32,000 nt of DNA from an uncultured Chloroflexia bacterium (GTDB taxonomy: Bacteria > Chloroflexota > Anaerolineae > Anaerolineales > Anaerolineaceae), in contig OY969938.1 in assembly GCA_963704755.1 (NCBI GenBank), positions 600,001 through 632,000 of the forward strand, written 5' to 3'. The stretch's first letter is position 1; the number at the start of each line of letters is the position of its first letter. The translations under genes were made by a program, and so were the position numbers. The notes under the pieces were generated by a model. That model ran no database searches, was not told the DNA's origin, and saw nothing but the letters and a program-made list of their open reading frames with translations. Below, in pieces: positions 17,881 to 24,713 of this stretch.

Positions 17881-18226
17881 AACCACGGAGGCACGGAGGA
17901 CACAGAGGAAGAGAAGAAGAGAAATTGCTGTTAAAAAGAACTATGGCCCAAAGCAGATCGGCCCGGTCTCCAGACCGAGGCCGATCTTCAGAGCTAATCC
18001 GGGTTTTATACTAAGAATCAAACGGACCTATGTTTGTTCTTGTAAATATCATCCATTATTCTTGCAGTTTTCTTTCCCTCTCAATGCCGTCTGTCCTCAG
18101 CGGATTAATTTTTTGTCTTGTGTTGAAGAGCGGCCTCGGTCTGGAGACCGGGCCGATCGCTTTAAACAATTATTCTACTCAATCCGATGTCCTGCTTTCC
18201 TCCGTGTCCTCTGTGCCTCCGTGGTT
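17881..18226. repeat. 346-bp MITE-like unit: two inverted copies of a dispersed ~110-bp element (third copy at 23268-23396)
   Basis: The 30-bp terminal inverted repeats match 28/30: AACCACGGAGGCACGGAGGACACAGAGGAA (17881-17910) against 18197-18226. The inner 31-nt self-folding hairpins GATCGGCCCGGTCTCCAGACCGAGGCCGATC (17956-17986) and 18128-18158 are reverse complements with one mismatch. No ORF is credible. Confidence 0.7.
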
Positions 18227-18241
18227 AATCTTCTTTCCCCA

Positions 18242-18250
18242 TGCTATAAT
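18242..18250 (+). promoter_or_regulatory. Extended -10 promoter (TGCTATAAT) 8 nt upstream of the DUF309 ATG (leaderless mRNA candidate)
   Basis: TGcTATAAT lies at 18242-18250 and the ATG at 18259, with no SD in between. Confidence 0.45.
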
Positions 18251-18258
18251 CCTGACCA

Positions 18259-18708
18259 ATGGAATCCACAATTGACCATCCCGCCGGGAAACCGGCCTCG
18301 TTCCGCGAGGATCCCTGCCAGGGAGCCCTGCACCCGCAGGCCATCCTGGGGTTGGTCCTGTTCAACAAAGGCCAGTTCTTCGAGGCACACGAGGCGCTGG
18401 AAGCCGCCTGGCGGGATGAAAAAGGGCCTATCCGAGATATGTACCGGGCGATCTTGCAGGTTGGCGTTGGCTATTATCACGCTATCCGTGGAAATTACGT
18501 CGGAGCAATCAAAATGTTCCGCCGCAGCAAACCCTGGTTAGCGCCTTTTCCGGATACCTGCCGTGGCGTGGACCTGGCAGCTTTCCGCCGCGATTTTAGC
18601 GCGGCGGAAAGTAAAATCAAAGAATTGGGGCCGGACCGCATCCGGTATTTCGACCCCTCTATCCTCAAGCCGGTTATTTTCCAGCTCGATCCAGGCAATC
18701 AGCCCTAG
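18259..18708 (+). CDS. DUF309 domain protein
   Basis: 149 aa. GLVLFNKGQFFEAHEALEAAWR...ILQVGVGYYH is the DUF309-type helical motif as I recall it. Confidence 0.7.
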   Translation: MESTIDHPAGKPASFREDPCQGALHPQAILGLVLFNKGQFFEAHEALEAAWRDEKGPIRDMYRAILQVGVGYYHAIRGNYVGAIKMFRRSKPWLAPFPDTCRGVDLAAFRRDFSAAESKIKELGPDRIRYFDPSILKPVIFQLDPGNQP

Positions 18709-18731
18709 CATATGGCTATACGCAATTTATG

Positions 18732-19364
18732 CTAATTCTCGGCCAGGATCACCCGCGCCGGTGCGCCATCTGACCCACCCAGTTTGATCGGCAGACAGAA
18801 CAACTGGTACTCTCCTGCGCTCACCTGTGAAAGATCCAGTCCTTCGATAATGATGATGCGAGCATTCAGCAGCGCCTGGTGAGTCGGTTTCGAGGCCTTC
18901 CAGGGAGCCACCGACAGGTAATCGACGCCGACCAGCTTGATCTTTTTTTCCACCAGAAATTTGGCGCCATCTTCCGATACACCCACAAAATCCGTATGGA
19001 ATTGCGGGTCACCCGCTGCCCAGTAGCTCGAATTGCGCGTCTTGAACAACACCCGTTCCAGGCCGGCCGGCCATTCCAGGGTCTTCAACGCGGCTGCATC
19101 GACTACATTCACATCGGGCAGTTCGAAAACGCGCACCGGCCCAATCAAAGTTTCCAGCGCGAGCGTCTCCACCCCGGGAGCGCCCGGCACAAAATGGACC
19201 GGTGCATCCACATGGGTGCCGGTATGGACGCCCATCGCGAGCTTCGAAACGTTGGCGTTGGCACCGTCTTCAATTTTGTTTACCCGCTCCAAAACGACAC
19301 CCGGGTTGTTTGGCCAGGTGGGTAATTGCGGGGTAATGGTCAAGGTAACGTCGTGGATTTTCAT
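18732..19364 (-). CDS. Cyclase-family protein (kynurenine formamidase-like metal hydrolase)
   Basis: 210 aa with the HTGTHVDAPVHF motif. RBS is GGAGG. It lies 15 nt downstream of the CapA-like gene, so it is probably co-transcribed. Confidence 0.82.
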   Translation of the reverse strand: MKIHDVTLTITPQLPTWPNNPGVVLERVNKIEDGANANVSKLAMGVHTGTHVDAPVHFVPGAPGVETLALETLIGPVRVFELPDVNVVDAAALKTLEWPAGLERVLFKTRNSSYWAAGDPQFHTDFVGVSEDGAKFLVEKKIKLVGVDYLSVAPWKASKPTHQALLNARIIIIEGLDLSQVSAGEYQLFCLPIKLGGSDGAPARVILAEN

Positions 19365-19379
19365 GAAATTCCTCCAGGG

Positions 19380-21086
19380 TTAGTTTTCGGGATAAGGTCC
19401 CCAACCGGCTGCCGTGAAAATCGGGATCAAGAATTCACGCCGCTCTTCGGGCGTCATCGGCCGCGGGCGGGAATAATCTTCCAGATAAGCAGTCAGAAGT
19501 TCTGTGGAAATATGCTTTCCATTATAAAACACATGCCGGTCAATAAATTCTTTACGGGTACCCTGCGGAATGGTCACCGTGGTCACCCACATCTGATCGA
19601 AGAACAGATTACCCAACCCGTAGTGAATAAAACTATCGTCATAGAATTCCATCATCATCGGGTGGTGCGCCTGGCTGCCGCTGACGATCACCGCGCCATC
19701 GTCGGCGATCCGGCGAAAATCGCGTTCCTCGAACGGCTCGGCCCAATGCCGGTAGGTTTCAAAATACTGGAAGGTAAAAATCACCTGGTAACCCTGGGCG
19801 GTCAGCTCTTTAATCCGCTGCTCGATCCAGGGATAATCGCAGTCGGCCACACCGGAAAGCGTCTCGGTGGCCCAAACGGTTTCCGGGCCGGCAGGGTTGC
19901 AGCCCATAAAGGCAAACTTGTTGCCGTGGTCCTCGACCAGCACCGCATCGCGAGCCTGCTCGATGTTTTCGCCGGCGGCGTAGTAATACCAGCCGCGCTC
20001 TTTATACAAATCAAAGGTGTAATCCAGCGCGCTGCGTCCCCAATCGGCCAAATGGTTACCGGTCATATCGATAATATCGACGCCGATGTAGTCCAGCAGG
20101 TCGATATACTCCGGCTTACTGCAAAATTCCAGCGGGTAAGGATCAATTTTCGGTTCTGGGCAGTTCGGATCGAAAGCGATCTCGTTACTGATGTGGGTCA
20201 AATCTGCGTCGTACAGCCAATCGTGGATGGCCTCACCGGGGTAAGTCATCCCATGTTCTTCCATCCTGACGGCCGTGGCCCGCACCAGGGCGGTCACCCC
20301 GGTCATGACCAACACGGTTAATTTATTGGGATCGCGGTTCCCGGCGACCTCCGGCATCTGCTTTTCGTTGAACATATCTTCCAGCCGCATCATCGCCAGC
20401 GAATCGCCCGACCAGCCATAATCGACGATCAAGGGGTATTGGTCCGGGTCGAACTGGTTGGATATGGGCGATTGGTCGTTCAACGAGACTACCTTCCAAC
20501 GGTCTTCCAGCTTATCGAAAGGCACAATTGCGTACACGTCCCGCTGGGCCCAGGCCGTATCGACCAGCTCACTCGAATCCACCTCGTGAACCTGTTCCGG
20601 GCTGGCCGGTCCCAGGATGGTTTCCAGGGCAGCCTTATCCTCCGGGGCCACCAGGATCACGCCCAGCGCCTGGGATTGGCCGATCCAGGTTTCTTGCAAG
20701 TCTTCAAAGGTGGCCGTTTCGTTCAGCGATGAGAACGGCACCACCAGCGCATAGGTCCATTGGATGCGCTCATCCCCGTTTTGCACTGGCCCGAAAGTCA
20801 AGTTTGCGTCGTCAGGTTGATCCACGTAATCCACATCCGAGGGGAATTTGATCTGGCTGCGCAAGTCCAACGGTGTAGCCGGGCTGATCCACACATTAAT
20901 ATCGATCGAAGCAACATCGATCGGTGTCGCAGTCGACGGGAGGACCGTCGCGGTCGCTTGCGCCGGTGTCGCTGTCGCATGGTCAATTGGGCTGGTCGGA
21001 GTGATGCCTGGTGGAGTGGAATTGACGCAACCTGCCAGTAAACCGACTACCACTATTCCTAGAAGTCCGCGAATCGATCCTTGCAT
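19380..21086 (-). CDS. Lipoprotein with C-terminal CapA/PgsA-type (PGA_cap) metallophosphoesterase-like domain
   Basis: 568 aa. It has a lipobox (VVGLLAGC) and a Thr/Pro linker. CapA-like blocks are DIIDMTGNHLADWG, YYYAAGENIEQARD, FAFMGCN, VSGSQAHHP and IHYGLGNLFFDQ. The N-terminal ~250 aa are unassigned. Confidence 0.75.
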   Translation of the reverse strand: MQGSIRGLLGIVVVGLLAGCVNSTPPGITPTSPIDHATATPAQATATVLPSTATPIDVASIDINVWISPATPLDLRSQIKFPSDVDYVDQPDDANLTFGPVQNGDERIQWTYALVVPFSSLNETATFEDLQETWIGQSQALGVILVAPEDKAALETILGPASPEQVHEVDSSELVDTAWAQRDVYAIVPFDKLEDRWKVVSLNDQSPISNQFDPDQYPLIVDYGWSGDSLAMMRLEDMFNEKQMPEVAGNRDPNKLTVLVMTGVTALVRATAVRMEEHGMTYPGEAIHDWLYDADLTHISNEIAFDPNCPEPKIDPYPLEFCSKPEYIDLLDYIGVDIIDMTGNHLADWGRSALDYTFDLYKERGWYYYAAGENIEQARDAVLVEDHGNKFAFMGCNPAGPETVWATETLSGVADCDYPWIEQRIKELTAQGYQVIFTFQYFETYRHWAEPFEERDFRRIADDGAVIVSGSQAHHPMMMEFYDDSFIHYGLGNLFFDQMWVTTVTIPQGTRKEFIDRHVFYNGKHISTELLTAYLEDYSRPRPMTPEERREFLIPIFTAAGWGPYPEN

Positions 21087-21250
21087 GGCACCTCTAATAT
21101 TCGTTCTGAATTTCTAGTAAATGGCTGCCAGCCATCCACCTTGCCGCAACCGTCAATTTGTTTAAATTAATGGAAATAATTCTACACCCATTGGTACTAC
21201 TCAAACCCATATAAAAGGGTGGGTCTCTGGGATCTACCGTGGAAGTTTTC

Positions 21251-21293
21251 TAAGGGGGTTATTCGTGCGCTTCACGCACGAATAACCCCCTTA
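21251..21293. repeat. Perfect 19-bp inverted repeat (5-nt loop) in the capA-like/thiolase divergent intergenic region
   Basis: TAAGGGGGTTATTCGTGCG (21251-21269) pairs with CGCACGAATAACCCCCTTA (21275-21293). Confidence 0.8.
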
Positions 21294-21472
21294 GATACAA
21301 CCCATCCCGGTAATTCCCAAAGGACCAAAAGAGTCTCGGAATTCGAGTTGCTAACGGGGCGAAGCCCTATAAACAACTCGAATTCGATAAATCATGCCAG
21401 CCCAGCCAATTTGATAGGAAATGACAGCCGGGGCCGATATAATTAGCTCGGAACATATTGAAGAGGAGTGAA

Positions 21473-22633
21473 ATGCGCGAAGTAGCCATACTGGGAATTG
21501 GCCAAACAGCCGTGGATGAACATTGGGACAAATCCTTGCGCGACCTGGCCGGCGAAGCTGCCCTGGCCGCCATGCAGGATGCCGGTGTAAACGGGGTGGA
21601 CGGGGTCTTTGTTGGCAACATGATGTCCGGGTCGGCCAACCACCAACAGCAATTAGGCGCTTTCGTCGCCGACTGGATTGGCGTGCGCTATGCCAACGCT
21701 ATGCACATCGAATCCGCCTGCAGCTCCGGCTCTTCGGCTTTCCGGACCGGGTTAATGGCCATCGCCTCCGGCTTCATGGACGTAGCTCTGGTGGTTGGGG
21801 TCGAAAAAATGACCGATTCGCCCTCGGACGAGATCACCGCCGAACTGGCCACTGCCGCCGATGCGGATTGGGAATCCAGCCAGGGGCTTTCGTTTGTAGC
21901 CATCAACGCTCTGGTAATGAACCGCTACATGTACGAATACGGCTGGAAACACGAGCATTTTGCTCCCTTTTCGATTAACGCTCACGCCAACGCTTCGCAT
22001 AATCCTAACGCCCGCTTGCAATCGAAGATCAGCGAAAAAGATTATCTCAAAGCGCCTATGGTAACTCCTCCAATCAATCTGATGGACGCCTCTCCCATCG
22101 GCGATGGTGCCGCCGCTGTCATTCTGGTACCGGTGGAACATTTGAGCCAATTTCCGGGTCATCCGGTCATCAAGGTGCTTGGCTCCGGCGCGGCTACCGA
22201 TGCAATCGCGGTCCATTCACGCCAGGATCCGCTTTGGTTAACCGCCGCCGAAAAATCGGCCCGCCAGGCTTATGACCAGGCCCATGTCACCTCCGTGGAT
22301 ATCGATTTCTTCGAATTGCATGATGCTTTCTCGATCATGGCGGCCTTATCCCTGGAAGCCTGCGGGTTCGCCGAACGCGGCCAGGGGCCTCGCCTGGCCC
22401 TGGATGGCGAGATTCTATTAAACGGGCGTATCCCGATTGCCACCCGAGGGGGGTTGAAAGCCCGCGGACACCCCGTCGGCGCAACCGGTATGTACCAAAT
22501 CGTCGAAGCCGCCCAGCAGCTCCGCGGCGAATGTGGCCCGACCCAGATTGCCAATGCCCGTATCGGCATGACCCAAAACATCGGCGGCAGCGGCTCGAAC
22601 ATTATCACCCACATCCTCAGCCGGGAGGATTAG
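21473..22633 (+). CDS. Thiolase-domain protein (acetyl-CoA C-acyltransferase-like)
   Basis: MREVAILGIGQT..., active-site Cys context ESACSSGSSAF, GHPVGATG, NIGGSGS. ATG 21473 has GAGGAG upstream. The TTG 21458 start in the track is less likely. Confidence 0.88.
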   Translation: MREVAILGIGQTAVDEHWDKSLRDLAGEAALAAMQDAGVNGVDGVFVGNMMSGSANHQQQLGAFVADWIGVRYANAMHIESACSSGSSAFRTGLMAIASGFMDVALVVGVEKMTDSPSDEITAELATAADADWESSQGLSFVAINALVMNRYMYEYGWKHEHFAPFSINAHANASHNPNARLQSKISEKDYLKAPMVTPPINLMDASPIGDGAAAVILVPVEHLSQFPGHPVIKVLGSGAATDAIAVHSRQDPLWLTAAEKSARQAYDQAHVTSVDIDFFELHDAFSIMAALSLEACGFAERGQGPRLALDGEILLNGRIPIATRGGLKARGHPVGATGMYQIVEAAQQLRGECGPTQIANARIGMTQNIGGSGSNIITHILSRED

Positions 22634-22679
22634 CTTTTAGCTTTTAGCGATTGGCTGTTAGCCGTTAGCTCGTAGGTTG
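22631..22679 (+). repeat. Seven tandem heptamers (TAGCnnT type) starting on the thiolase stop codon
   Basis: TAGCTTT TAGCTTT TAGCGAT TGGCTGT TAGCCGT TAGCTCG TAGGTTG. The tract runs straight into the first 197-bp unit. Confidence 0.8.
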
Positions 22680-23261
22680 GGTTACGGGCTCTATCCTGAT
22701 ATTTGCGGTTTTTCGGGCATATACCTTTCCGGGTCTTGCCCGTAACCCAACATTTACGCCACCCGAAAGGAAGTGGAGGTATGGGCTGTATCCTGGCTCT
22801 GACCGGCGCTGCGAAGGCACGGTGCATCGCCCTCACCCCAACCTACGAGCTCTCCCAGAAGCGGGAGAGCTCGTAGGTTGGGTTACGGGCTCTATCCTGA
22901 TATTTGCGGTTTTTCGGGCATATACCTTTCCGGGCCTTGCCCGTAACCCAACATTTACGCAACCCGAAAGGAAGTGGGGGTATGGGTTGTTTCCTGGCCC
23001 TGGCCGGCGTCGCGTAGGCACGGTGCATCGCCCTCACCCCAACCCCTCTCCCAGAAGCGGGAGAGCTCGTAGGTTGGGTTACGGGCTCTATCCTGATATT
23101 TGCGGTTTTTCGGGCGTGTAACTTTCCGGGCCTTGCCCGTAACCCAACATTTACGCAACCCGAAAGGAAGTGGGGGTATGGGTTGTTTCCTGGCCCTGGC
23201 CGGCGTCGCGTAGGCACGGTGCATCGCCCTCACCCCAACCCCTCTCCCAGAAGCGGGAGAG
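22667..23261 (+). repeat. Three tandem copies of a ~197-bp non-coding unit (periods 201 and 196 bp)
   Basis: Units start with AGCTCGTAGGTTGGG at 22667, 22868 and 23064. Copies 2 and 3 differ at only 3 positions. Copy 1 differs by roughly a dozen substitutions plus a 5-nt indel. Confidence 0.92.
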
Positions 23262-23267
23262 GGGCTA

Positions 23268-23396
23268 AGAGCGGCCTCGGCCGACTTTAAGGAAGGCAGA
23301 GACCGGGCCGATCCACTTTGGGCCATCGTTTATTTAAACGGTAATTTCTCTTCCTCTCATACTCTTCTCTATGAACTCTGTGTTCTCCGTGGTTTT
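23268..23396 (+). repeat. Third (solo) copy of the dispersed element seen at 17881-18226
   Basis: Collinear blocks are shared with the reverse complement of 17881-17990: AGCGGCCTCGG...GAGACCGGGCCGATC, CTTTGGGCCAT, TTTAAAC, AATTTCTCTTC and CTCTGTG.TCTCCGTGGTT. Confidence 0.7.
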
Positions 23397-23565
23397 CTTT
23401 TTTCTTCCCTCTGGGTCCTCTGTGCTTCCGTGGTTTTCTTTTTTCTTCCCTCTGGGTCCTCCGTGCCTCCGTGGTTTTCTTTTTTCTTCCCTCCGTGTCC
23501 TCTGTGCCTCCGTGGTTTTCTTTTTCCTTCCCTCTGGGTCCTCCGTGCCTCCGTGGTTTTCTTCC
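23376..23565 (+). repeat. About 4.6 copies of a 41-bp tandem repeat that contains no adenine
   Basis: The unit is CTCTGGGTCCTCCGTGCCTCCGTGGTTTTCTTTTTTCTTCC. Full units start at 23409, 23450 and 23491, and partial units at 23376 and 23532. The + strand has no A from 23376 to 23571. Confidence 0.92.
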
Positions 23566-23629
23566 CTCTTCATTCAAAATTTCACCATCTTGCAGTAGAA
23601 TTAGAAAAAATGTCCGAGAAAGGAAGCCT

Positions 23630-24490
23630 ATGGCCGTCCTTAAAAAAGAGATACTGGAAGAATATCGCCGCGGTACCTTCCGGTTGAACCCTGGCCAGCA
23701 GGTCAGCACCAAAGAACAGGCGATCGACTACGTCAACCAACGCGGATTCATCTTCTTTTGGCCGATCAAAGGGATCACTCTGCCCAGTTTATGGACCGCC
23801 GTGGCCGGCGACCGCCCGGTCGCAGACGAACACGACGATCCTGGCCACATCACCTGGGGCTGGAAAGACGATTTATTGGATAAGAAAGTCTGGTACTATG
23901 CCCGCGTCCTGCGCCATCGCAATACCATGATCTCGCTGGACGCCCTGCCGTACTTCTACGCCCTCTCCCCGAATTTCGGTGACCCCGAAAATGATTACCT
24001 GGAACAGTACCTGCAGGGCACTTTTCCGCAGGAAGCCAAGCTGGTCTATGAAACCCTGCTCAAAGAAGGCCAGCTCGATTCGGTCTCACTGCGCAAAGCG
24101 GCCCACCTGGCCGGCGCGGACAGCACCAGCCGGTTCAACAAAGCCCTGGACATTCTCCAGAACGAATTCAAAGTCCTGCCGGTGCGTGTGGCTGAAGCCG
24201 GCGCCTGGAAATATGCCTTCGTGTATGAATTGACCCACAGGATCTTTCCGGACCTGCTCGAACAGGCCCGCCCAATCAGTGAGCCCGCCGCCCGCCGCTA
24301 CCTGGCCATGCGCTACTTCGAATCGCTCGGGGCAGCTTCGGAGCGCGACCTGGTCAAGCTGTTCAACTGGCGGCCGATCGATGCTCAGCGCACCATCGAA
24401 AGCCTGTGCAAGGATCAAAAACTCACCGCCGATGTCACCCAGGCTGGCGAAACAGGGAATTACCTGGTCTTGCCAGAACTGGTATCTTAA
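23630..24490 (+). CDS. Uncharacterised conserved-looking 286-aa protein (possibly multi-winged-helix, AlkZ/YcaQ-like; function unknown)
   Basis: ATG 23630 has GAGAAAGGAAG upstream. The sequence is globular, non-repetitive and protein-like (FIFFWPIKGITLPSLWTAV, WGWKDDLLDKKVWYYARVL, ISLDALPYFYAL). The upstream part of track ORF 23471.. is translation of the 41-bp repeat and is discarded. The fold assignment is only a resemblance from memory. Confidence 0.6.
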   Translation: MAVLKKEILEEYRRGTFRLNPGQQVSTKEQAIDYVNQRGFIFFWPIKGITLPSLWTAVAGDRPVADEHDDPGHITWGWKDDLLDKKVWYYARVLRHRNTMISLDALPYFYALSPNFGDPENDYLEQYLQGTFPQEAKLVYETLLKEGQLDSVSLRKAAHLAGADSTSRFNKALDILQNEFKVLPVRVAEAGAWKYAFVYELTHRIFPDLLEQARPISEPAARRYLAMRYFESLGAASERDLVKLFNWRPIDAQRTIESLCKDQKLTADVTQAGETGNYLVLPELVS

Positions 24491-24516
24491 TTCACTCGAA
24501 TAAAAACGGTAAGCAT

Positions 24517-24571
24517 CCCGAAAACAAAGTGTACGCCAGGGCTTTGCCCTGGCGTACACTTTGTTTTCGGG
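24517..24571. repeat. Perfect 25-bp inverted repeat (5-nt loop) 27 nt after the 23630-24490 gene
   Basis: CCCGAAAACAAAGTGTACGCCAGGG (24517-24541) pairs with CCCTGGCGTACACTTTGTTTTCGGG (24547-24571). No T-run follows. Confidence 0.85.
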
Positions 24572-24713
24572 TAATCTGTACCCTACCAAAATCAGGATTG
24601 GCGCGTATTTTTCTCCAGGCAGGGCCGGCAAAAATGTATAATAAACTTGCAGGCAATTTATAAGACAAATTTACCGCACCAATCGACCATACTTTTACCC
24701 AGGAGCCGTTTTG

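Noticed and set aside
19326-20321. 331-aa + strand ORF
   Set aside because: It lies entirely antisense to the CapA-like gene and shows no motifs. It is a shadow ORF in GC-rich coding DNA. The same reasoning applies to 8703-9614 (-), 10445-11236 (-), 12068-12721 (-), 25794-26822 (-) and 28966-29520 (+).
23376-23565. 41-bp periodic array as a possible CRISPR
   Set aside because: The whole 41 bp is repeated. There are no unique spacers between repeats and no cas genes nearby, so it is a plain tandem repeat.
23471-23629. N-terminal 53 codons of track ORF 23471..24490
   Set aside because: This part translates the A-free 41-bp repeats (MVFFFLPSVSSVPPWF...). The internal ATG 23630 has a proper RBS and is where protein-like sequence begins.
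22843-23712. ORFs of 120-140 aa on the minus strand (and 75-99 aa on the + strand) across the repeat block
   Set aside because: They are translations of tandem repeats (repeating PGKVYARKTANIRIEP.. and HGGTEDTEGRKKK.. strings) with no RBS. The frames exist only because the repeats lack stops.
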